Part shown: one piece after another, positions 52,339 through 60,934 of the stretch
Layout: every line of letters starts with the position of its first letter
How positions within the stretch are numbered: position 1 is the first letter of the stretch
DNA from: Vicinamibacteria bacterium
Lineage (GTDB): Bacteria > Acidobacteriota > Vicinamibacteria > Marinacidobacterales > Marinacidobacteraceae
Direction of reading: 5' to 3'
Length of the DNA: 64,000 bases
Assembly (NCBI GenBank): GCA_963422395.1
Contig: OY729431.1
Span: 2,656,001-2,720,000, forward strand
The notes under the pieces: model-generated
Told to the model about the DNA's origin: nothing
What the model saw: the letters and a program-made list of their open reading frames with translations, nothing else
The model's database searches: none
Program-made: the position numbers and the translations under genes

Positions 52339-53268
52339 TCAGCGATCCGGAAGGCGCAGAGCAGCGGCGAGTTCGGAAACCGCTGCTAGGCGAAAGCCGG
52401 ATGGGATGCGCAGCCGGAACGAATCGGAGTGCAGCGAAGCGTTCACTCGCAGTTCCTCGACGATCAGAGTGGCGCTGACTGGATCGGATTCGATCTCCAT
52501 CCTCCGGGGCACCTGACGCCCGTCGCGGCGATAACTCCCCGGATAGCGCACTTCGTAGCTGCCGGCCATCACCCGGCGGATCTGGGCGGCGCTGCCTCGA
52601 CCGCCGTCCCACCAGATTTCCTCGCCTCTTGCGAGAACCGCGGAGCTGCCGGCGGGCGTGATTCGGGCGGCGCCGCCGCGGATCGGCACTCCGGTCCCGA
52701 CGACGAGCGCAGCGACCTGCTCGATGCCGATCCGGATCCCGAGGAACGGCTCGGTGAACTGCCCGAGCTCCGATCCGTCGGCGTAGGCGCGCTCGGCGGG
52801 GACCACCGCGCGCACGCCTTCCGGCCTCGCCACCAGTGTCCATCGGGGGCCGCCCATCGCGGCGAAGATCGCCATCCGAAGCGACGCGACGGCGGCCGGA
52901 TCACCGCGCACTGGCGGCCGCTCGAACACCACCAGCAAGCGGCCCGAAAAGCCGCCCCGTGCTCCCTTGCCACGCACGCCGAGAACCGCCTGGTAACGGC
53001 GGACGGCACCCGCGGCGGTGCTGGCCGCGGCGAGTCGCTCCGACACTCGCGCTTCCGACAACGGGGCCGAGGGCGGCAGGCTTCTCGGGGCGCAGGCGAG
53101 CGTCGTTCCCAGGAGGACGAAGCCCCGAAGCGCAACGCTCCGAAGTCCGGTTCTCCCGCCACGGGGCCCGGGCCCCTCGCGCCGTCCGATCAGGAGCCCC
53201 TCGGACCTCCCTCCGCGATGCCGGCCCGGCGAACCCGCCGGAGCAGGAAGGGCGCCCGGCGGGGGCAT
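52339..53268 (-). CDS. Putative lipoprotein, LolA/LolB-like beta fold (DUF4292-like)
   Basis: GFVLLGTTLAC lipobox-like segment; C-terminal VPRRMEIE..LRVN..L..DSF.L.IP. True start probably near 53130-53270. Confidence 0.5.
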   Translation of the reverse strand: MPPPGALPAPAGSPGRHRGGRSEGLLIGRREGPGPRGGRTGLRSVALRGFVLLGTTLACAPRSLPPSAPLSEARVSERLAAASTAAGAVRRYQAVLGVRGKGARGGFSGRLLVVFERPPVRGDPAAVASLRMAIFAAMGGPRWTLVARPEGVRAVVPAERAYADGSELGQFTEPFLGIRIGIEQVAALVVGTGVPIRGGAARITPAGSSAVLARGEEIWWDGGRGSAAQIRRVMAGSYEVRYPGSYRRDGRQVPRRMEIESDPVSATLIVEELRVNASLHSDSFRLRIPSGFRLAAVSELAAALRLPDR

Positions 53269-53302
53269 CCCGGCGGATCTCCCCTCACAGCTCGGCAGCG
53301 AG

Positions 53303-55330
53303 TTACTCGGGCTCGTTGCCTGCTTCCTCGATCTTACGCGCGATCGCCTCGCGGTGGATCTCTTCCTCTCCCTCCTGGTCGAGCGCCAGCTGCCAGAAGC
53401 GGACGGCTTCTTCCAGGTCTCCCTTCGCCTGGTAGAGGTCCCCGAGATGGTCGAGGACGACACCGTTGTCGGGCATGCACTGCCTCGCGCGGAGCAGATT
53501 CGGTTCGGCGAGGCCGAGCTCTCCCTTCCGGAGCTGCACCCATCCGAGGCTGTCCCGATAGGAGCCGTTGTAAGGATCCTCTGCGAGCGCGCGCTGGATC
53601 AGCGCCTCGGATTCGTCGAGCCGGTCGTTCCGGTCCGCGAGCATGTAACCGAGGTAGTTGAGCGCGAGATCGTGGTTCGGAACCGCCTCGATGACGCCGC
53701 GCAACTCGGCTTCGGCCTCCTCGAAACGCCCCTGGCGTTCCAGCAGTGCGGCCAACTGGAAACGAAACGCATCGTCTTCCGGTCGCTTCCGCAGCCACTG
53801 GCGCGCCGTTTCCTCGGCATCGACGAGATTCCCGACTTCCACGAGGTGGCGGAGCAGCGCGTGGGTCGCGCCGGCGGTATCCGGATACTGGTCGGCGAGG
53901 CGGAGGAGGATGACCAGGGCAGCGTCCGGCTTCCCTTCAGCGCTCAACACCTGCGCATGAAGGGTCTGCAGCCCCGGATCCTCGGGATGTTCGCGGGTCA
54001 GCTCGCCGAGAAGCGCGCCCGCCTCGTCCACCGCGCCGGCGGACAGCCGATTCCGCACCAGCGCCACTCGGTAACGGATTCCATCCGAGGTGTCCCCGGC
54101 GAGCAGGACTGCCCTTTCGAGGGCTTCGTACGCTTCTCGGTGGCGCCCCAACCGCTGAAAAGACTGGGCCAGGCGGGCGAGGACCTCTCGGCGGCGAGCG
54201 AGCCCGTAGCTGTCCCGCGGCAGCCCCGCCAGAGCTTCGAACTGTCCGGCAGCCCGTTCGAATTCACAGCGCGCGGTGAAGACTCCGCCGAGGGCGAGCC
54301 GGGCGGGCACACTCCGGTCGTTCACGGCGAGCAGCCGGACGAGCGCGTCCTCGGCGTCCTCGAGACGCTGCTGTTGCCGGCGTACCATGGCGAGTCCCAT
54401 GAGCGCGATTTCGCTCTCGGACTCGGCGGCGAGCAGCTCTTCGAAGGCCCCGGCAGCGTCTTCCAGCCGGCCGGCGCGAGCGAGCGCATCCGCGAGGGAC
54501 AGCCGCAACGACGGATCGTTCGGATAGGCAGCAACAGCGGTCTCGTAGAGCTCCGCCACCTGGGCCAGCGCCTCTCCCTCCGAACGGCCGGGGATGCCGC
54601 CGCCCCGGAGCAAGTCGTCCAGCATCTCGCGCGCCTCGGGCTGCCGGGGCTCGACGCGCAGCGAATCCAGGAGGTAGTCGAACGCCTGTTCGCGGTCGCC
54701 GGCGGCCAGCCGAAGCCGCGCGAGCAGCGCGAGCTCGCCGAAGGCGTCGGGTGCCCGACGCACCAGCTCGCGCAAGTGGGCGGCCGCCTCTTCCCCGCGC
54801 TGGGAGGCCGCCAGCAGCCGCGCGAGCTCCGAGCGGCTCTGGAGATCCTCAGGATCGAGCCGCACCGCTTCCCGAAGCGCGGAGATCGCGCGTTCGGCAG
54901 TTTCCGGGTCGTTTCCAGCGCGAAGCCGCCGAAAATACACCGCGCCGAGGATGCGGTGGGCGGCCGCCGACTCCGGATCGCGCTCCAGGGCCTCCGCGGC
55001 CGCCGACTCCGCCGCCTCCAGATCGCGAGCCGCGAGACTCAGATTCGCGATCGCGACGAGAGGCGCGGCCGCCTGCGGATCCAGGGCGGCAGCGCGCCGA
55101 TAGGTGAGCACCGCCGCTTCCCGCTCGGATGCCAGCTGGGCGAGCCGGGCTTCGCTGAAGACCCGGTACGCCTCGGCGACCTCATCCACCGCGATGGGCT
55201 CCTCGCCGGCGGCTGCTTCCGGCGCCTGCGATACGGCACCCTCATCTCCCCGAGCCTCCTGCAGGCCGATCCCCGACCCCATGAGGGCCAGGAGAATCGG
55301 AAACGCTGTCCGCGCCATGTCCGGAATCAT
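53303..55330 (-). CDS. Exported tetratricopeptide repeat protein
   Basis: Signal peptide, many TPR-like helices, C-terminal ALNYLGYMLA..DSLGW..DHLGD signature. Confidence 0.9.
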   Translation of the reverse strand: MIPDMARTAFPILLALMGSGIGLQEARGDEGAVSQAPEAAAGEEPIAVDEVAEAYRVFSEARLAQLASEREAAVLTYRRAAALDPQAAAPLVAIANLSLAARDLEAAESAAAEALERDPESAAAHRILGAVYFRRLRAGNDPETAERAISALREAVRLDPEDLQSRSELARLLAASQRGEEAAAHLRELVRRAPDAFGELALLARLRLAAGDREQAFDYLLDSLRVEPRQPEAREMLDDLLRGGGIPGRSEGEALAQVAELYETAVAAYPNDPSLRLSLADALARAGRLEDAAGAFEELLAAESESEIALMGLAMVRRQQQRLEDAEDALVRLLAVNDRSVPARLALGGVFTARCEFERAAGQFEALAGLPRDSYGLARRREVLARLAQSFQRLGRHREAYEALERAVLLAGDTSDGIRYRVALVRNRLSAGAVDEAGALLGELTREHPEDPGLQTLHAQVLSAEGKPDAALVILLRLADQYPDTAGATHALLRHLVEVGNLVDAEETARQWLRKRPEDDAFRFQLAALLERQGRFEEAEAELRGVIEAVPNHDLALNYLGYMLADRNDRLDESEALIQRALAEDPYNGSYRDSLGWVQLRKGELGLAEPNLLRARQCMPDNGVVLDHLGDLYQAKGDLEEAVRFWQLALDQEGEEEIHREAIARKIEEAGNEPE

Positions 55331-55340
55331 AGAAGTGGCA

Positions 55341-56933
55341 TCAGTGCCGGAAGTGGCGGGTGCCGGTGAGCACCATCGCCATTCCGCAGGCGTCGGCAGC
55401 GGCGAGGACTTCCGCATCCCGAACCGATCCGCCGGGTTGGATCACCGCCGAAACTCCGGCGTCCGCCAGCACCTCGAGTCCGTCGGGAAAGGGAAAGAAG
55501 GCATCGGAAGCCGCGACCGCGCCCTCGAGCGTCGTCTCGGCCTTCTGCACCGCGAGCCGGCAGGAGTCCACGCGATTCATCTGTCCGGCACCGACTCCCA
55601 GCAGCACGCCCTCCCGCGCGACCACCACGGCATTGGACTTGACATGTCTCACGACACGCCAGGCGAAGCGCAGGCCCGCCCACTCGCCGGAAGTGGGGCG
55701 GCGCCGGCTCGTCACTCGATACCCGGTCTCGTCGTCGTCTCCCGCATCCCAGTCCTGCACCAGCAGTCCCCCGGCCACCCGGGCAAGATCGCGGCCCCCG
55801 AGCACGAGGCCTCCCAGATCCTCCATTTCGATCAACCTGAGATTCTTCTTGCGGCGAAGCCGGTCGAGGGCGTCCGGCGCGAACGCGGGGGCGGCGACGG
55901 CTTCGAGGAAGGTCGAGGTCAGCTCCTGCGCGGTATCGAGATCTACTTCGCGGGTGAGCGCCACGATGCCTCCGAACGCCGAAACCGGATCGGTCGCGCG
56001 GGCCTTTCGGTACGCCTCCGAAAGCGTCCCGGCCACCGCCGCACCCGCCGGGGTATCGTGCTTGATGACCACCGCGGCGGCGCCGCTGCCGGAACGGAGC
56101 GAGCCATCGGCCAGATCCGCCGCCAGGCGGACTGCCGCATCGAGGTCGAGGATGTTGTTGTAGGAGAGTTCCTTGCCGTGGAGCTTCCGGGCTCCCGGGA
56201 TTCCGGCGTGCTCTCCCGGATCGCGGTAGAGAGCCGCGCTCTGGTGGGGATTTTCTCCGTAACGCAGAGCGGCAACCCGTTCGAAGTCGAACGAAATCCG
56301 CTCGGGGTAGTCCGACTCGCTCTCCCCGGCAGCGAAAAATCCGGAGATCGCGGTCTCGTAGGCGGCGGTGGCGGCGAAGGCCCGCGCGGCGAGACGGCGG
56401 CGCTGATCCCGGGCGGCTGCCGGATCCGGCGCATCGATCGCCGCGAGCACCGCAGGGTAATCGTCAGGATCCACCACCACCGTCACATCCGGCCAATTCT
56501 TGGCGGCGGCCCGGACCAGACAGGGGCCGCCGATATCCAGATTCTCCAGCAGCTGGTCCTCGGTCGCGCCGCGGGCGAGCGTTTCCCCGAACGGGTAGAA
56601 GTTGACCGCGACGACATCCACTGGCCGGATCCCGAGGGTTTCGAGAGAGGCGATGTCCTCCGGCCGCGACCTGCGGGCGAGGATGCCCCCGTGGATGCGC
56701 GGGTGCAGGGTCTTGACCCGGCCTTCCAGGATCTCGGGGTGCCCGGTCACTTCGGAGACCTGGGTGACCGAGATTCCGGCGCCTTCCAGGAAGCGCGCCG
56801 TACCGCCGCTCGCCACGATCTCGAAACCGCGAAGCGCCAGACCCCGGGCGAAGGCATCGAGACCGCCCTTGCGGCTCACGCTGAGGAGGGCGAGGCGGGG
56901 AGGAGCGGCAGACCCGGGCTCTCGATCGTGCAT
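55341..56933 (-). CDS. purH: Bifunctional AICAR transformylase/IMP cyclohydrolase
   Basis: ALLSV, GRVKTLHP.IHGGIL, LRYGENPHQ, SDAFFPF.DG, IQPGGS.RD, RHFRH. Confidence 0.97.
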   Translation of the reverse strand: MHDREPGSAAPPRLALLSVSRKGGLDAFARGLALRGFEIVASGGTARFLEGAGISVTQVSEVTGHPEILEGRVKTLHPRIHGGILARRSRPEDIASLETLGIRPVDVVAVNFYPFGETLARGATEDQLLENLDIGGPCLVRAAAKNWPDVTVVVDPDDYPAVLAAIDAPDPAAARDQRRRLAARAFAATAAYETAISGFFAAGESESDYPERISFDFERVAALRYGENPHQSAALYRDPGEHAGIPGARKLHGKELSYNNILDLDAAVRLAADLADGSLRSGSGAAAVVIKHDTPAGAAVAGTLSEAYRKARATDPVSAFGGIVALTREVDLDTAQELTSTFLEAVAAPAFAPDALDRLRRKKNLRLIEMEDLGGLVLGGRDLARVAGGLLVQDWDAGDDDETGYRVTSRRRPTSGEWAGLRFAWRVVRHVKSNAVVVAREGVLLGVGAGQMNRVDSCRLAVQKAETTLEGAVAASDAFFPFPDGLEVLADAGVSAVIQPGGSVRDAEVLAAADACGMAMVLTGTRHFRH

Positions 56934-57164
56934 CCGGCAGCAGAGAAAGGCGACGATGCTAGCAGCCTGTGGATGAAGTGGCGCGAGCCCCAAGATCGGG
57001 GAGGCGCCCGGCTGACAAGGCGCGATTCGGGGAGGCACACCGGGCGCATTCCGACGGAATCGCAACGCCGAGCCAAGCCCGATTCTCCCGGTGGAGGGCG
57101 CCCGGCGGACGAGGCGCGATCCTTTCGGAAACAGGCGCGGGCGGAACCCCCGCCGCCGGCCGCA

Positions 57165-57212
57165 CCACAACCGGTTGTGGGGTGGGAGTCCGCATACCCC
57201 AACATCTTGGGG
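57165..57212. promoter_or_regulatory. Two 16-bp palindromic operators, NrdR-box-like
   Basis: CCACAACCGGTTGTGG (57165-57180, perfect palindrome) and CCCCAACATCTTGGGG (57197-57212), starts 32 bp apart. Confidence 0.55.
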
Positions 57213-57219
57213 TAGGGCG

Positions 57220-57249
57220 TTGACCCTCTTCGCACCCTGATGCTAATCT
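57220..57249 (+). promoter_or_regulatory. Putative sigma70 promoter for yycJ-like/purB
   Basis: TTGACC-N18-TAATCT with an extended -10 TG. Confidence 0.55.
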
Positions 57250-57268
57250 CGCCCGCTGCCCCGGCCGG

Positions 57269-58189
57269 ATGGGCGCGCCCCCTGAGCCTGCGGCATCCAC
57301 AGCTGGCGCGGGGTTCCTAATTCGCTTGGTTTCGGACATCGGTCTTCGCGTTCTCGCTTCCGGGAGCTCGGGAAATGCGGCGCTCGCCGCGGCGGGTTCG
57401 ACGGTTCTGCTCCTCGAGGCGGGACTTTCGCGCCGAGGCCTCGAAGCCCGCATCGAGGCGGCCGGAAGGACTCCGGAAGAAATCGCCGCCGTCCTCCTTT
57501 CGCACGAACACGGCGACCATTGCCGGGGAGCAGCGCCGTTCGCGCTCCGCCACCGCCTCCCGATCGCCTGCACCCGCGGCACCTGGAACGGTCTCGCCCT
57601 CCGGGACCGCAGCGAAGCGCCGGAGTGGATTCCCCTGCAGCCGGGGCAGCCCCGGCAGATCGGAACGATGGCCGTCACCGGTTTCTCCATTCCCCACGAC
57701 GCCAGGGAACCGATCGGCTTCCGGCTCGATACCGGAGAGGCAACACTGGTCCATGTCACGGATTTCGGCCATCTCTCCCCGGAGGTCGCCGAGGCCGTTT
57801 CCGGAGCATCGGTACTTCTGATCGAGTCCAACTACGACGAGCAACAGCTTTACGAGAGCCGGTATCCGTTCTCTACCCGGCAGCGAATCGCCTCCACGCG
57901 GGGGCACCTCTCGAACGGTGCCCTCGCACTCTATCTGCGGCGTCGGCTCCCCGCTTCGGTGCACACCGTCCTGCTGGCCCACCTGTCAGCGAACACGAAC
58001 ACTCCCGAGCTCGCGTTGCGTACGGCGAGGACGGCGCTCGACGCCGCCCGGCGGCCCGATGTGCGCCTCCTCGTCGCGAACCGCAGTGCCCTCACCGAAG
58101 AGGTGCGGACCGGAACTGGCGAGCCTTCGCCGCTGCCGCACCCGAACCCGCTCGCTACGGGGACGCGCTCGTTGTTCCATCCGGCCTGA
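57269..58189 (+). CDS. MBL-fold metallo-hydrolase, YycJ/WalJ-like
   Basis: LASGSSGNA, SHEHGDH, PHDA.EP, IESNYD, GHLSN, LAHLS. Start may be later (about 57326). Confidence 0.9.
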   Translation: MGAPPEPAASTAGAGFLIRLVSDIGLRVLASGSSGNAALAAAGSTVLLLEAGLSRRGLEARIEAAGRTPEEIAAVLLSHEHGDHCRGAAPFALRHRLPIACTRGTWNGLALRDRSEAPEWIPLQPGQPRQIGTMAVTGFSIPHDAREPIGFRLDTGEATLVHVTDFGHLSPEVAEAVSGASVLLIESNYDEQQLYESRYPFSTRQRIASTRGHLSNGALALYLRRRLPASVHTVLLAHLSANTNTPELALRTARTALDAARRPDVRLLVANRSALTEEVRTGTGEPSPLPHPNPLATGTRSLFHPA

Positions 58190-58196
58190 GACGCCG

Positions 58197-59504
58197 ATGC
58201 TCACAGACCGCTATGTCCACCCCGAAATGGGGGCGCTCTGGACCGAGGAAGCCCTCTTCCAGTCCTGGATGGAGGTCGAGGTCACTGCCGCCGAGGCGAT
58301 GGCGGCGGAAGGCATCCTTCCCGCCGAGGCGGCCGTCGGGATCCGGGAACGCGCTGGTTTCGATATTTCCCGGATTCGGGAGATCGAGAAGACGGTCCAG
58401 CACGATGTGGTGGCCTTCACCCAGTCCATGGCCGAACGGGTGGGAAGCGAGGGGCGCTGGATCCACTTCGGGTTGACCAGCTCCGATGTGGTGGACACCG
58501 CGCTCGCCACCCGGCTGGTCCGGTCGTGCGACCTCCTCCTCGAACGGGTGGACGGGCTCCGCCTCGTGCTGCGGCGGCGGGCGGAGGAGCACCGGCGGAC
58601 GCTGATGGTCGGCCGCACCCACGGCGTCCACGCCGAACCGATGACCTTCGGGATGAAGCTCGCCCTGTGGTGGGCGGAAATGGGCCGGAACCGGCGCCGC
58701 CTCGCCGCCGCCCGCGAGGCCGTTCGAGTGGGCAAACTCAGCGGGGCCGTCGGCACCTTCGCCCATCTGCCGCCGAGCGTCGAGTCGCGCGTCTGCGAGG
58801 CGCTGGGGCTCGTGCCCGCGAAGATCGCAACCCAGGTGATCCAGCGCGACCGACACGCCGAGCTGGCCGCCACGCTCGCCATTCTCGCCGGAAGCCTCGA
58901 AAAGATGGCCACCGAGATCCGGACTCTCCAGCGCACCGAGATCCGGGAGGTCGAAGAGCCTTTCGGACGGGGGCAGAAGGGATCCTCGGCGATGCCTCAC
59001 AAGCGGAATCCGGTGGGCTCGGAGCAGGTCTCGGGGCTCGCCCGGGTCATCCGGGCGAACCTGATGCCGGCGCTGGAGAACATCGCCCTGTGGAACGAGC
59101 GGGACATCTCCCATTCCTCGGCGGAACGGATGACGATTCCGCAGAGCTTCCTGCTCGCGGACCACATCCTGCTGCGGATGACCGCGATCCTCGACGGCCT
59201 CCTGGTGTACGAGGAAGCGATGCTCGAAAACCTGGATCGCCGGAACGGCTTGGTGTTCAGCGGCCAGGTGCTGCTCGACCTCGCCGGCAGCGGCGTCGCG
59301 CGGGAAGACGCCTACCGGATGGTGCAGTCGTGCGCGATGGGCGTCTGGGAACATGGAACCTCGTTCCGCGAAGAACTCGGAAAACACGAGGGGATCCGGA
59401 GCATTCTGGATTCGGCCACGCTGGATGCAGCTTTCGACTTCGACATCCATCTCCGCCACCTGGACCTGATCTTCGATCGAGTGTTCTCCGAGGAGTCGGG
59501 GTGA
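58197..59504 (+). CDS. purB: Adenylosuccinate lyase
   Basis: HFGLTSSDVVDT, GRTHGVHAEP, GSSAMPHKRNP, ERDISHSS. Confidence 0.97.
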   Translation: MLTDRYVHPEMGALWTEEALFQSWMEVEVTAAEAMAAEGILPAEAAVGIRERAGFDISRIREIEKTVQHDVVAFTQSMAERVGSEGRWIHFGLTSSDVVDTALATRLVRSCDLLLERVDGLRLVLRRRAEEHRRTLMVGRTHGVHAEPMTFGMKLALWWAEMGRNRRRLAAAREAVRVGKLSGAVGTFAHLPPSVESRVCEALGLVPAKIATQVIQRDRHAELAATLAILAGSLEKMATEIRTLQRTEIREVEEPFGRGQKGSSAMPHKRNPVGSEQVSGLARVIRANLMPALENIALWNERDISHSSAERMTIPQSFLLADHILLRMTAILDGLLVYEEAMLENLDRRNGLVFSGQVLLDLAGSGVAREDAYRMVQSCAMGVWEHGTSFREELGKHEGIRSILDSATLDAAFDFDIHLRHLDLIFDRVFSEESG

Positions 59505-59720
59505 CCCATCGGCTCCGGGTGCTGTCCGGTTGCGTCCGCAGATCTACGACCCGCAGGGAGAAGCCATCCGCTGCCCGCTGATCGGCTCCGGCGCACCACC
59601 TCGCGGCCTAGCTGGCCAGCTTGCGGCGTAAATCTAGAATTCCACTCGGAAAGCGAACTGCGCGGCCCTCGGACCGTACGCCGTGGAAGTCACCTGCCTC
59701 GGAGCGCCGAAGCTACTCGA

Positions 59721-60934
59721 GGAAGGTCTGATCAAGATGATTTTTTAGTCGGATTCTCGATATCGGATGGAGCTCGGCTTCTACGATTCGTGAGGAAACC
59801 TCGAGTGCCGACCTTCATCGGCAGTATTCCCCCGCGCCGGGCAAGAGAGTCAGGCTCCGGGCAGCCCCCTCGGCTCTCTCCCCGAGTCTTCTCAGCAGGC
59901 GCAGCGCTCTTGCGCCCGTATCACCACTCTCCTGGCTTGGAACAGGTTCACCAGCGCGCAAGTCGCCACCACCCGATGCCAGTTCTTCTCGATGCCTCGG
60001 TACCGCACCTCCCGAAACCCGAACACCCGCTTCATCACCTGAAACGGATGCTCCACCCGAGCCCGAACCCGCGCCTTCCTGACGTTCGCCGCCCGCTGCT
60101 GCTCGGTGAGAGGCTGATTCCGAAACGCCTTCCGCTGTGTGAAGTCCTGTGCCCGCGGCGCTACTTCTCGAATCACCTTCCGTTGCCCGCAATACGCCTT
60201 GTCCCCCCACACCCGCGTCTCCCCTCCGTGGAGCAGCTCCGCCAACACCTGCGAGTCGTGCACATTCGCCGCCGTCGCCACCACCGAATGGATCTGCTTC
60301 GTCTGCGAGTCCATCCCGATGTGCGCCTTCATCCCGAAATACCACTGCTGCCCCTTCCGTGTCGAGCCCATCTCCGGATCCCGCGCCTTCGCCCGGTTCT
60401 TCCTCGAACTCGGCGCCGTCAGGATCGTCGCGTCCACGATCGTCCCGTTCCGCACCCGCACCCCGTGCTCCGCCAGATACTCCTGGACCTGCTCGAACAT
60501 CGCCTCCGTCAGGTCGTGACGCTCCAGCAGATGCCGGAACTTGCACACCGTCGTCTCATCCGGCGCCCTCTCCCGCCCCAGGTCGATCCCCACGAAGCGC
60601 CGCATCGAATCCGACTCGTAGAGCGCCTCCTCCACCCCGGGGTCCGACAGGTCGAACCACTGCTGCAAGAAGTAGATCCGCAGCATCCGTTCCAGCTCCA
60701 CCGGCGGTCGCCCACGCCCCCGCTTCGGATACACCGGCGCGATCGCCGCGCACAACGCATCCCACGGCACCACCCGGTCCATCTCTTCCAAAAACCGACG
60801 CCGCCTCGTCTTCTTCCGAAACCTGTCGAATCCCGCTTCCGCAAAGCTCATCTGACGCATATCAACCCCCACCGCCATTCCTCAGACGATACAAAGCAGA
60901 ATACCCCAAACGAAATCAATAAATCAGAGGGTCC
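59721..60934 (-). mobile_element. IS5-family insertion sequence, 1214 bp
   Basis: Imperfect terminal IRs GGAAGGTCTGATCAAG and GGACCCTCTGATTTAT; 4-bp direct repeat TCGA at 59717-59720 and 60935-60938; single transposase. Confidence 0.92.
59892..60860 (-). CDS. IS5-family DDE transposase
   Basis: MRQMSF..KTRR..FL.EM, MLRIYFLQQWF.LSD, PDETT, IVDATI, GDKAY, RARVEHPF. Confidence 0.95.
   Translation of the reverse strand: MRQMSFAEAGFDRFRKKTRRRRFLEEMDRVVPWDALCAAIAPVYPKRGRGRPPVELERMLRIYFLQQWFDLSDPGVEEALYESDSMRRFVGIDLGRERAPDETTVCKFRHLLERHDLTEAMFEQVQEYLAEHGVRVRNGTIVDATILTAPSSRKNRAKARDPEMGSTRKGQQWYFGMKAHIGMDSQTKQIHSVVATAANVHDSQVLAELLHGGETRVWGDKAYCGQRKVIREVAPRAQDFTQRKAFRNQPLTEQQRAANVRKARVRARVEHPFQVMKRVFGFREVRYRGIEKNWHRVVATCALVNLFQARRVVIRAQERCAC

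Noticed and set aside
56968-56976. DnaA-box-like TCATCCACA upstream of purH
   Set aside because: Single one-mismatch copy with no cluster; expected by chance.
56934-57164. Possible ZTP (pfl) riboswitch upstream of purH
   Set aside because: Only a CCACCGGGAG fragment is similar; the GACTGGCG and GCCTGGGC elements are absent.
53018-57215. Long plus-strand ORFs of 783 and 703 aa
   Set aside because: Antisense to the TPR gene and purH; long shadow ORFs are expected at this GC content.
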